The position numbers and the translations under genes are program-made. Shown here piece by piece: positions 1 to 11,265 of a stretch of 25,982 nt of DNA (positions are counted from its first letter, which is position 1; every line of letters starts with the position of its first letter). Below the pieces are notes generated by a model. That model was not told the DNA's origin. It ran no database searches and worked only from the letters and a program-made list of their open reading frames with translations. Location: the NCBI RefSeq assembly GCF_006345805.1, contig NW_021835664.1, forward strand, positions 1 to 25,982. Reading direction: 5' to 3'. This DNA comes from Octopus sinensis (Eukaryota).

Positions 1-2170
1 AAGCGATCAATAGGGATCGTGTATCACAGTGTCATGATGTATGGTGTAAAGGGGAAAACAAGTAAGGTTTATCCGTGGGAAGAAAAGCCTACGAAAAAGA
101 CAACGGTAACCTCGGTCAAGGCTATATTTTACCACATTTGTTTGCAAGTGGGTAACCCTCTGTTTTCAATTTCTGGGTTCACAGGATTATGCTCAAGGTG
201 GCTTCGTCATTCATACGTGCCATCCTTTCTACATTCACCCATCTTTTTTTAGAACATTCGCTAGACAAAACTTGCCTCTCTACTCTCACTTTCCTCTTCA
301 AGTGATACTTGAAGAAGTTGATGAGAGGTTGACCAGAGAGGAAAGTGTTTGTCTCCAATCCTTTCAGACGCGTCCACCAGATACATTCTTTCGCCATAGC
401 CACAAGGATGATGAAAATAGCTCTTCCTTCCCGTTTGAAGGAAGGAGGCGTGACAATATTGACGATAGACTCAGCTGATAAACCGACTCGTCCCACACGT
501 GACAGCAGTTGTTCGACATAAGCCCACAGGTCGGAAATTGTTGGACACTGCACGAGTGCGTGCAGAACGGTTTCGTCGCTCTGACCGCATCTCGGGCAGG
601 TCGGCCCCGTGTTTCTCGAGCCGTGTCTGTAGAGCTTATCCCGAACGGGTAGCGCTTCTCGGTAGCACTGCCAGGCCAGGGATCTCTGGAAGTTGTCCAT
701 GGGCCCTGGCCCGAAAGTAGTCCCGAACAGGCGGGTCAGGTATTCCTCGTCGACGTCCAGGTTCGCCCCGAGCTCATCGTCGTACCTCCCCTCCACTAAT
801 CCCCTATAGAATGCTTTGGTTGTGATGGAGTCACTCAAGGTTGACCCAGGACGGCAGAGTTGCTTGAGAGCAACGCGACACTCGCGGTGCCATTCGCCCT
901 TCCTCGGCCTCTTTTTGATCTACGATTGCATTTCGGTCATGGAGACGAGCTGCGAGAATGCGTGCCTCACAAACGGTGACCACACCTGTTCACCGTCGTC
1001 TACGAAGAGCCCGAGATGTCGCAGTCTCAGCGCATGTCTGCGCATCATCAACCACGGCATGCCCAGCCCTCCTTTTAACGGGAGTTGGCAGCAAATGAAT
1101 CGTCTGACCATCGGGACGCATCCTTTCCACAAGAAGCGAAAGAGAATACGTTCTAGTTTGGTGACGGTAGGGTCGGAACAAGGCACGACGGTCAGGCGGT
1201 AGTAGATGATGGACGCGATGTACGTGTTCGCCACCTCCGCCCGACCTTTTAGGGACAGTTTCCTCTCGGCCCATTGCTGGGCGAGAGTGACCACCCTACT
1301 CGTTATCTCGTTCCAGTTCTTCTCCATTTGGAGGTCCGGACTGAACCAGACCCCGAGCAACTCGACCAGACCGTCGGTCCAGCGTCCCACAACGGAGGCG
1401 CTGGTGGACGGCATGGGTTTGCTTCTCCAGGTGCCTAGTCGCAAGCCCACTGACTTTTCCCGGTTGATTTTTGCTCCTGTCACTGCTTCGTAGGTTTTCA
1501 GTGTCTCGCCGACCTGCTCGATGTGCTCGTGGCTAGACACTATGACGGTGACGTCGTCCGCGTATGCAGACACGCTCGTCCCGCATCCCAGTTCTCACGG
1601 GATGCCCCTCAGAGTTGCCAGCTTCCGCAATAGTGGCTCGAGAGTCAATACGTATAGAAGCGACGAAATGGGGCATCCCTGACGAACCGAACGTGCGATG
1701 TCGAAAGGTCTCGATAGATGTCCATTTACGCGAACTACCGAACGGATGCCTCTGTACAAAGTGGCTATCCAGCCGCGGAAGACGGGACCGAAGCCAGCCG
1801 CTCTGAGGACTGCCTCCAAGTATCGATGGTCTACCCTATCGAAAGCTTTCGATTGATCAGCGCCCCACCCATGCCAGGTTCGTTAACTACCCTGTCTATG
1901 ATGTAGCGCATCAGGTGGAGGTTGTCATGGATGATCCGGTCCGGCACGGTGCACGTTTGCGCCTTGTCAACCAGTTTTTCGATGACAAGCGCCAACCTCT
2001 TGGCTAACACCTTGGCCAAAATCTTCAAGTCTGCATTAAGCAGAGTGATGGGCCTAAAGTTATCTATTACATTTCCCTTGTTTAGATCTTTCTTCAGCAG
2101 TGTTACTGCTCCTCGGCTCACAAAACCGGGAATGCTCCCGTTTTGCTGCCAGTTCCAGTACACCGCTGCC
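1..2170 (-). mobile_element. 5'-truncated L1/Tx1-clade non-LTR retrotransposon (ORF2 RT to C-terminus, plus start of 3' UTR running off the window)
   Basis: Collinear RT motifs on the minus strand: NFRPITLLNADLKILAKVLAKRL, KAFDRVDH, VRQGCPISSLLY, SAYADDV, LGVWF, then zinc-finger CPRCGQSDETVLHALVQCP. No endonuclease domain; homology stops abruptly at an (AAT)n tract. Much more GC-rich than its flanks. Confidence 0.93.
179..2170 (-). pseudogene. Disrupted LINE ORF2 (reverse transcriptase plus C-terminal CCHC finger)
   Basis: ORF-track pieces 1831-2250, 1595-1819, 920-1573 and 179-838 join into one protein with one frameshift (~1851) and two in-frame stops (TGA at GIP*ELG ~1595; TAG at MQS*IKK ~920). 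Confidence 0.9.

Positions 2171-2229
<59 letters not shown>
2171..2229. repeat. (AAT)n microsatellite
   Basis: About 19 perfect AAT units; source of the poly-L and poly-N pseudo-ORFs. Confidence 0.98.
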
Positions 2230-2233
<4 letters not shown>

Positions 2234-2393
2234 CCTTTTTTTTTAGACATTCATTAGTACAACATCCCCACCCCCTGAATATATGGCACACTAGGCATAA
2301 CAACAACATGGACTTCCAACCCTGTTGTCTCTTGAGGTCTCTGGGTGAGACTTGGAGCCAACTTGTACAAATATAAAGCAAAAGTCAAACATA

Positions 2394-2394
2394 G

Positions 2395-2426
<32 letters not shown>

Positions 2427-2720
2427 TATTAATAATAATAATAATAATGATGATAATAATAATAATATAATAATAATAATAATGATAATAATAATAATAA
2501 TAATAATAATAGTAATGATAATAATGATAATAATAATAATAATAATAATAATGATAATAATAATAATAATAATATTAATAATGATAATAATAATAATATA
2601 ATAATAATAATAATAATAATAATGATCATAATAATAATAATAATAATAATGATAATGTTTCTGCCAACTTGCCGCCATAATGATGAAGATGTTGATGATG
2701 ATGATGAAGATAAAAATAAT
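2394..2720. repeat. Degenerate (AAT)n/(GAT)n microsatellite containing a ~25-bp SINE-head scrap
   Basis: Long AAT/GAT run. Positions 2655-2678 read GGCGGCAAGTTGGCAGAAAC on the minus strand, matching the SINE 5' end at 12093. Confidence 0.9.
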
Positions 2721-2744
2721 TTTGGTAAAGTGGAATATATAGTC

Positions 2745-2900
2745 CATTAATCAACCCCAGTATTCAACTGGTACCTATTTTACTGACCCTAACAGGATGA
2801 AAGGCAAAGTCAGCTTCATGGTAATCAGAATTTGGAATGTAAAGTCAGAAGAAATGCTACTAAGCGTTTTGCCTGATGTGCTCACATTTCCGTCACCTTA
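2745..2900 (-). mobile_element. Old, diverged tRNA-derived SINE (same family as 12093-13128)
   Basis: Minus strand contains GACTTTGCCTTTCATCCTGTT...TAGGTACCAGTTGAATACTGGGGTTGATT, matching the array unit core. Confidence 0.7.
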
Positions 2901-3446
2901 ACAACAATAACAACAACAATACTAATAATAAAATGTGCTGTTTAGCCCTTGGTCAACCCTGACTGCGCAGGCCTGAGATCAAAAGCATTCTAGCTGTGAC
3001 CATCCTGTCTTTTTCCTATTGCAGTGACCATATAACCATGTGAGTTCACATGTCTTGTTTTAAGATACGAGGCAGATGTGGCTGCTACATCTAACAGACC
3101 TAACCACCACATACACGATCTCTCATTGGTTCATTATTAGCTTGTGCAAATAAATAGACAGGAACAGTTTGACAGGACCCTGCTTAGATTTTCAGTAGAC
3201 GCATCAGATAGCATTTTTATCTGATGTACTTACTACTACCACAGATAACTGTGGTTGTTCAATATGATTGAGTACTGGGTATATCTATTGATGAGGGGGT
3301 CTATTCATATCCATTCCCTGTCTTAAGTCATCATATGTTGTCAGAATCATAAGGACGCCTTCCTCACACTCATATTTGGGTATTTTAAACATGATGTAGC
3401 TAACCCCTCTCTCTGTTAAACCACAGTGGAAATCTTTCAAAGAAAA

Positions 3447-3498
<52 letters not shown>

Positions 3499-3506
3499 TG
3501 AGAGAG
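3447..3506. repeat. (GA)n microsatellite
   Basis: Direct reading. Confidence 0.95.
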
Positions 3507-4227
3507 TGCAAAATATAATGATGTATTCCTTTCAGTACCTGATGTTGTATTGAAAGAATGAAAAAGCAAAGTTGACGTTGATGGGATTTGAACTCAGGGC
3601 ACAGAATGCCAGAATGACTACTTCAATACATTCTAAGCAATCCGCTAAAAATCCTGTCGAATCCCCAAGTAACAACTGGCAGGTATTTAATGCATGGAAC
3701 ATGCTTGGAATGAGTTGAAAGGCAAGGGGAGGTAATCCCTGTTTTTCTTTACCAGTGAGTGTTGCTAATTAAACCATCACTCATGTTGTTAATTGCACTT
3801 TAATTAGCAGATCGTTCGCAGTCATTATCTCCTGTGTTAACATTTCCTTTATTTACATTTGACAGCAGTTCATTATAAAAAATCTATTTGAAATGTCTCA
3901 TCTTGTCAATCGGTTTCTACTATTTGGTTATTAATAACCAAATTTTGAATATGTTTTCATAATGATGCCTTTAATGACTTATCATTATTATATAACATTG
4001 AATTCTTCAGGCTGGAATTACCTATTAAACATATTTATATTGGAGTATTAGAGTGGATGCGGATGGGGGGAAGGAAGGATATTTTTAAATCCTTCATTTA
4101 CTGATGAAGTAATTTTAATTACACATAATTTTATGAGTTAAAATAAACAAAAGACACTGGAACGCCATCCTTCTCCCCCGCCATTAATACAAAAATAATG
4201 AAGAACATAATCCAACCAACATCTATT

Positions 4228-5640
4228 TCACAAAGACACAAATATTAAAGTAAACAATATTCTTGAAAAAAACTTTCTTATTATTTTTTTTTTTTGGTTT
4301 TCAAAGAATTTCATTCTCGTTGCTTTCTTTGAAATGTACAGTCCAGTTTTCCTTATTCTTGTTCCAAACAATTCCGTCAATTTCTCGACTCTCTCTCTCT
4401 CCAACAGTACTGCTCTTTCCTCGCTACCAAACACCTCTTCATCCAGTCTTACTCTTATTAAATTCTTCACCTTTGCAATCTTTTCCTCAATTCACACAAT
4501 CTTATCGTAAATTATCATCATTCAGTCGGCTGCTTTCTTTGCCTCACATATTCCATTCTCCTCCTTACTTCCCCTTTCCACTCCTCATATTACTCCTCTT
4601 TGTCTATTTCTTCTCTCCTTCTTTTTGTGGCTCTGGGGTTCGATTTTCACTCGTCTCTTTTCTCTACTAATTTTTTCTCTTGTACTTTTACCGCTTTTTT
4701 CTTCGTTTTCAGTTTTTGGCAGTGACTCCGCACTTGTTCTTTTTCTGCCCCCTATTTCCTCCTCCTTTTCCTCCACTACTATTACTTCCTCCACCTCTGC
4801 TTAGTTCTCCGTTCTTTCCTCGTCTCTGGGGTCACCTTGCCTTCATGTGTCCTCTTGTACCGCAATTATAACATATTGGAGGCTTCCCCTCCACCACAAT
4901 TCTCAGCCGGGTGTCATCGGGGAGCACCAACTCCTCTGCTATCTTGTGCAAGTCAAGCAGGGTTATATGGATCAAGATTTCCAGTCTAAATCCCCATCAG
5001 TTTATCTCAGCCAATGTTGCCACCTTGATAATCTTGGTCTCCTCCTCACAGTTGTACAGGATAGCTTCCAACAGCCATTCCTCCTCTATTTTGGGTGGCA
5101 CTCTCCCTATCTGTACTCTTGCCACTCTTTTACCACATTAGGTTGGCAAAAGTGCCCACCTGGCTGATCTCAACAGCATCGTGGAGTACTTTTTCGTTTC
5201 CTCCTCATTCATGAAGTGAACCTCCACCGTGCCGTACTTCCTTCCGCGAGTATAAAACGTCGTTACTCCCTTCACTTCGCTCAGGCATTCCTCTGCTACT
5301 TCCACTCTTTTTGTTTCTACATCCAGCATTCTGTATATTATTATTTTCCTCTCTGCTCTTTCCATCGCTTCTCCCGGGGGTATCAGCCTAAGGCAGTCTC
5401 CCTCTTTTTTAAATAATCCTTGTACTTTCCGAAATCCTTCTGCTCCAACACCAATTCTTTCAATCGCAGAATGTCAGCTGGCAGGCTTTTGCCCGCCACC
5501 GCGGCGTAACTGCCTATTCGTTGTTCCTCTATTTCACGCAAAAATGGGGAAGAAAAAGAAACAACATTAACAACAATTAACAAATCTCAAATATATAACA
5601 GTATTCAAAGTACAACAATGCACAACTCGCATCGACAATG
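4228..5640 (-). mobile_element. Decayed L1/Tx1-type ORF1 (gag-like) with putative 5' UTR; no ORF2 follows
   Basis: Minus-strand reading: SYAAVAG near the start (~5510), then GTVEVHF, RVARVQIGRVPP, LRIVVEGKPPI, and a zinc knuckle CYNCGTRGHMKAR* (4873-4832; last Cys codon is TGA), followed by an E/K/R-rich tail. Several stops and frameshifts. Confidence 0.8.
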
Positions 5641-6296
5641 CTATTCAAATTTTCTAACACCCACAAAAGAAAAACAACATTATTTCATTACTTAAACATG
5701 CAAGTGGTTGTTGTTAATAGAAATTCAAACACGCCGGTTTCAAATTCCCTTAAGCCTATACAATTTTATTACAACCATTTTTATTTCTATACACTTTCAA
5801 AGAGTAGATGAAAACCTATGGTTGCAGAAAGGGATCACCTCAGCAAATTTAAAGTTTTGGGACCAAAAAACTTAAGGATGGAAGGGATTCCTTAACACAT
5901 AACTTATACTTATTTATATTTACTCTGAAGTAAGGGTCCCTCAAAATAACAGACCATTCCAAAGAATATCTTTTCTCATTACTCTTTAAACCATGTATAT
6001 AAGAGGCAAGTGTAGTAGAATTAAAGTGGGCCCTATGCCTACTGTACTGCCTTTATAAAATTTATCTAAATTACCCTCCTCTTTAGCAACGCATGACTAA
6101 TCTAAAAGTTAAACCCAGCAGACTAGTTCAAACTTTCTGACACCCAGCCACCAAAAAAAAAAACGAATTATTTTATTGCTAATCATGCAGGTGGTCGTTG
6201 TTAATAGAAATCCAAACCGTATAAACATACACATATACACATATATTTGTATATACATATATATATACACATACACACACACCTATATTTGTATAT

Positions 6297-6425
6297 AGCC
6301 GAGCCGAGCCGAGCCGAGCCGAGCCGAGCCGAGCCGAGCCGAGCCGAGCCGAGCCGAGCCGAGTCGAGCCGAGCCGAGCCGAGCCGAGCCGAGCCGAGCC
6401 GAGCCGAGCCGAGCCGAGCCGAGCC
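6297..6425. repeat. (GAGCC)n pentanucleotide microsatellite
   Basis: About 25 units with one GAGTC variant at 6361; explains the ARLGS and EPSRA pseudo-ORFs. Confidence 0.98.
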
Positions 6426-7149
6426 CTGGCCCCCATAGCGCTCATTGGGGGGTCGTAGCCTTGGACAGTGAGCCTCTACAGGTCTTTGCAAGCAGAGTTT
6501 AGTGTCCAATGAAGGAAAGGTACGCATAAGTAGGCTGGTTACACCCGCTGGCATAGGCCATGAGGTTATGCTCTCACTTGGCTTGTAACCCATAAAAGCC
6601 CTCAATGACTCAACAGAGCTCAGAAACACGTCCTCCTCCGCCACGTCACCTTCAACACCATGGGGTTATCTAAACTAATACAGAACTCTGAATTAATTAG
6701 TCATGGTTCTAACAACGGAATGCTCACACCGAACCTGATCCTGTCAAGACTACATCACTCACTTCTGACATTTCCTTTTATTTTTTAACTGGTTCCAATC
6801 AGACTGTGACCACACTGGAGCACTGATTTCAGAGTTTTATTTGATCTTATTCAGACTTGTACTTTTGTACTTTTCACTGGTGGTATTGGTGATGGCAGAG
6901 GCGGAAGTTTGACCAAAACCCCTCAGATACCAAAAGATAAGTTCATTAAAAAGACAAACAAATAAAAAAAAAACAGTAAAGAACAATAAAAGTTGAAAAG
7001 CTTTTTTCTTTCTTTCGAAATGGTTTCTCATTCGATGGTTGATGCGATGAAAGGAGACTGAATGAATTTTGTTAACTTTTAGTCATGGTTTGGGCCAAAG
7101 TTTATTAATTTGCATCTCTTAATGCTAATTAATTATTAGAAGCCATGAG

Positions 7150-7303
7150 TGCAGGTGTGGCTTTGTGGTTGGGAAGTTGGCTTCCCACTCATATGATCCT
7201 GGGTTCAGTCCCACTGTGTGGCACCTTGGGCAAGTGTCTTCTACTACATCCCCAGACCAAGCACAGCCTTGGGAGTGGATTTGGTAGACAGAAACTGAAA
7301 GAA
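7150..7303 (+). mobile_element. tRNA-derived CORE-type SINE, 5' part
   Basis: A-box-like TGGCTTTGTGG, B-box-like GGTTCAGTCCC, CORE-like GGCACCTTGGGCAAGTGTCTT. Matches the full copies at 17721 and 18365. Confidence 0.8.
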
Positions 7304-7407
7304 GGTGGCGTGCTGGCAGAAACGTTAGCACGCCGGGCGAAATGCTTAGCGGTATTTCATCTGCCGCTACGTTCTGTGTTCAAATTCCACCGTGGTCGCC
7401 ATTGCCT
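7304..7407 (+). mobile_element. Second tRNA-derived SINE family, 5' part, abutting the CORE-type copy
   Basis: GGCGTGCTGGCAGAAACGTTAGCACGCCGGGCGAAATGCTTAGCGGTATTTC...GTTCAAATTCC matches the head at 12093. Confidence 0.85.
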
Positions 7408-7464
7408 GAAGGCAAAACTGCACCAGGAATGGGTTTCAATTCCTATATATATACCTTTTATCTT

Positions 7465-7650
7465 CTACTTTTGTCATTTGACTGCAGCTATGCTGGGGCA
7501 TATGGAATATGAAAGAGAGAGATAAGAAGGGTTTTAGTCAAACAATTGTTTTTAAGGTCTGGTACTTATTCTATTGGTCTCCTTTGCACCAAACCTCAAA
7601 GTTATGGGGAATGTAAACACACCAACACTGGTTGTCAACTGGCGGTAAAG
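7465..7650 (-). mobile_element. CORE-type SINE 3' part, diverged
   Basis: TGACTGCAGCTATGCTGGGGCA, TACTTATTCTATTGGTCTC and CACACCAACACTGGTTGTCAA match the 3' half of 17721-18114. Confidence 0.7.
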
Positions 7651-8351
7651 AGACTTGCTTTAACAAAAGGTGAGGGGCGCCTCACTCCCAGTGGTCTTTC
7701 AGCACGCCGGACACCATCTCGGAATTTCTGCGTACCCGTGCTAACATTTATTGGATGGCCGTTGACTCTCAAGAGGTCCTCCGACCTTTGACGGGTTTTG
7801 TTTTTCATCCCGCAGGGTGTCCAATAAACACCCTCCTCACCAAGCAAGGTTGTATGGGTTACATGTTACCAATAGCACTCGAAAGGGACCTGACTGCTAC
7901 GTACATATGAACTAACTGTTCATGATATATATCGAAAAATCACTAGTCATACGAAAAAATCAAAAATGAATTCACTTACCTTCGAGTCCAAAATAACTTT
8001 CAAAGAGATTTCTTCCAGAAACTGAAGATTTAAAACAACTGAAAAAGTCATCGTTTTTTCCACTGTTTTTCATTTAAAGATGGCTTTCGTTACATCATCC
8101 TAAAGACAATGCCTAAGCCCATTCTACGGCAAAAAAACAACTTAACTAAACTATTCTTAACCTTTTGTACTTTTTGGTCAGAAACATTTTGGAGCTAAAG
8201 TAAACAATCATCAAGATATCGACCTCTATTGATGTTTGGGAACTGGTCTGCCATTTCCGAAAGTATATATATTCAGACCAAATCAGCTACTTGTGCTGAA
8301 GCAGATCTTCCCATCGTGACATCAAAACCATCGGGTGTGTCTTTATGGGCC

Positions 8352-8387
<36 letters not shown>

Positions 8388-8488
8388 CGCGCATACGTTC
8401 ATGAATACAAACACACACACAACACACATATATATAATATATTTATATATATATATATATATATATATACGCGCAAACGTTCATGAAT

Positions 8489-8519
<31 letters not shown>

Positions 8520-8584
8520 CGCGCATACGTTCATGAATACACACACACACACACATATATATATACGCGCATACGTTCATGAAT

Positions 8585-8630
<46 letters not shown>
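8352..8630. repeat. Compound minisatellite: 22-bp unit ACGCGCATACGTTCATGAATAC x4 separated by (CA)n(TA)n
   Basis: Units near 8387, 8469, 8519 and 8565. Confidence 0.9.
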
Positions 8631-9000
8631 CTCAGGGGGCGATTCCAGGTCATCAGCGTCACACGGGCTCATCACAGTCTTCGTATAAGACACATTTCTA
8701 CTCGAAGAATTTCACGTTTCCCGCTTTATTTCTAGCCCCAAATGGCTTATTTTTTTACATCTAACACTATGTCTTTCTCCATTTCTAAGTTAAAGATTAA
8801 AATAAAGCAACCCTGCAAACAAGACTTATCTTTGCGCACAGATGCACAGAGTAAGAGCAATCAAATTACGACAGGGGAGTGCACAAGCAAACATCAGCGA
8901 TCTGACTGTCGCTTGTAATCTTGACAAGAGATGCCAGTTTGTCTTTTACACCTACCAGGCTCGTTCCTATTAGCCCGAGTTGCTGGATAAATTTTCGTTC

Positions 9001-9410
9001 CGGATCTTTTCTGTTTGAACGGCAGTTTTTTAAAGTAATTTCCACGTAACTAAACACTTTTAAACTTCGTATACTGGTAGAATGTGTTTATAAAACATCT
9101 TTTTCTCTTGGCTTTATTGAGAAAATTCTATAGTATGTAAGATATTTGTTGTTGTTTTTTTCTACAATTTCTGCAATTTCAACCAATCAATGACGTCTAT
9201 TGAGGTAAAAAAAAACATTCTGTGCCGTATGAATATGTCCCTCGTTAAGAAAGAGATTGGGTTTATTTACATTTCTGAAGAAAAAAAGATACCCTTCCCC
9301 CCCCCTAATCCTAACCCTAACTAACCCTAAAACAGATTGAAAAGCAATAGATCGATTCTAGGGTCATAACTATGGGTGACAATTTCATATAACGTTCCTT
9401 TAAGAATATT
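9001..9410. mobile_element. Non-autonomous DNA element (MITE- or Helentron-like) fragment with internal TAACCC repeats
   Basis: Starts GGATCTTTTCTGTTTGAACGGCAGTTTTT and contains CTAATCCTAACCCTAACTAACCCTAA at ~9305-9330. The class is from recollection of an abundant octopus repeat; no second terminal inverted repeat is visible. Confidence 0.45.
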
Positions 9411-10027
9411 ACAGAACGGAAAGTTTTCATGGATTTGAATTTAAATATTAATCTCTCAAAAAATTTATAGTTTCAAGAAAATATTGTATTTGAATTAATT
9501 TTAATTTTTACGATTATTGATAACAACTCGGGCTGTAACTTCTGAGCCCGAGTCAGGCGCGTGTGAACGATGTCGAGAGAACGTCTACTACGAATGACAT
9601 TTTCTGACTCAGACGGTGAACGAAAATAAACCAACAGCGACCAGGCTCAATAAAAGGAGCCCAAGTTATTGGCTGCAATTACATACTTGAAGTCAGTGTT
9701 GGCAGAAATGAAATCAGCTTATAAATACACGTCCACCTTATTATATTTATATTCGGGCTAAGCTCGAATGGCCCGAGTGCCGGAGTCGCCATATATATAT
9801 ATATATATATAATCAATACAGGCAACAAGGATATCCAAAGGTAGTGTAGTACAATCGTTTCATGCTACTTCATTTAATTAAACAATGTAAGTATTACATC
9901 AGATTTAAAATGTAAAGCACACTTCAGCCACATATGGAACTTTTTAATTAAATTGACAATATTCATTTTTATACTTATTCCATTTAGACAGAGAGATAAA
10001 TCTATCTATCTATCTATATATATATAT

Positions 10028-10105
10028 AATGGCGGTGCTCCAGCAGAATGGTGGTGCCCCAGCATGGTCACAGCTCGTGAGATGAAACTAGATAAAATAA
10101 AAATA
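10028..10105 (+). mobile_element. CORE-type SINE 3' tail fragment
   Basis: GGCGGTGCTCCAGCA and GGTGCCCCAGCATGGTCACAGC followed by an A-rich tail. Confidence 0.65.
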
Positions 10106-10108
10106 AAA

Positions 10109-10445
10109 TCATCATCATTGTTTAATGTCCATTCTCCATGCTAGCATGGGTTGGACGGTTCGACCGGGGATCTGGGAAGCCAGAAGGCTGCACCAGGCTC
10201 CAGTCTTATCTGGCAATGTTTCTACAGCTGGATGCCCTTCCTAACGCCAACCACTCCGTGAGTGTAGTAGGTGCTTTTTACGTGCCACCTGCACATGTGC
10301 CAGGCGAGAGTGGCAACGGCCACGGTCGGATTGGTGCATTTTACGTGCCACCGGCACGGAAGCCAGTCGAGGCGGTGCTGGCATCGGCCACGAGTCGGAT
10401 AGTGCTTTTTACGTACCACCAGACCAGGGGTCCTGGCTGGTTCAA
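10109..10445 (-). mobile_element. RTE-LINE 3' UTR or RTE-related short element ending in (GAT)n
   Basis: Reverse complement of 10950-11267 with the same (GAT)n tail; near-identical to 19821-20115. Confidence 0.85.
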
Positions 10446-10499
10446 TTGGATTTCGATTCGAATTGAATATATATAATATATATAAAATAATATATATAT

Positions 10500-11265
10500 A
10501 TGAGAGAAATGCTGGACATAACAAGCATCGGATGTGGCATGCAAGAAAGAAGTTTGCGCTGGTATAGTCATGTACTCCGGATGGATGAGGAGAGATGTGC
10601 GAAGAAGTGCCACTCCCAAACAGTTGAAGGAATCCGGGGTAGAAGTAGACCTAGGAAGACATGGAATGAGGTGATCAAGCATGACCTTCGAGCGTTGGGC
10701 CTCACAGAGGCAATGACGAAAGACCGAGACCTCTGGAGATATGCTGTGACAGCGAAGACACGACAAATAACGTGAGGCTGTTTCCTGCACCAGCTTCACA
10801 TAACAGCCCCAACCCATCGAAAATACCTTGGATCGCAGGACGGCCTACTGTGCTTACCTTGGATCGTAGGGTTACCTGCTGTGCTTGAGGAGACCTACTG
10901 AGTCAAGTACATCAACATCGAAATAAAGATCAAATGGAAATTGTAGTTGTGATACCCGTGCCAGTGGCACATACAAAACACCATCTCAACGAGGCTGATG
11001 CCACCGCCGTCTTGACTGGCTTCCGTGCTGGGGGCACATAAAAAGCAACAACCGATTGTGGCCATTGCCAGCCTCCTGGGGTACCTGTGCTGGTGGCACG
11101 AAAGAAGCGCCCTCTAAACTCAGAGTGGTTGGCGTTAGGAAGGGCATCCAGCTGTAGAGACAATACCTGATCAGATTGGAGCCTGGTGCAGCCTCCTGGC
11201 TTCCCAGACGACGGTCGAACCGTCCAACCCATGCTAGCATGGAAAACTGACGTTAAACGATGATG

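Noticed and set aside
272-1906. Plus-strand and alternative-frame ORFs over the first 2 kb
   Set aside because: Antisense or shadow frames of the GC-rich LINE ORF2.
2118-2747. Poly-L, poly-I, poly-Y and poly-N ORFs
   Set aside because: Translations of (AAT)n microsatellite.
6179-6644. ORFs with ARLGS or EPSRA repeats resembling a repeat protein
   Set aside because: Translations of (GAGCC)n; no splice or codon evidence.
8352-8630. CRISPR-like repeat-spacer pattern
   Set aside because: The spacers are microsatellites, the context is eukaryotic, and there are no cas genes.
8866-9057. ERKFIQQLG as a possible GIY-YIG endonuclease C-terminus
   Set aside because: The ORF is a chimera across the 9001 element boundary and has no other GIY-YIG motifs.
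9305-9330. True telomere or chromosome-fusion scar
   Set aside because: Only about four imperfect units, embedded in a dispersed repeat.
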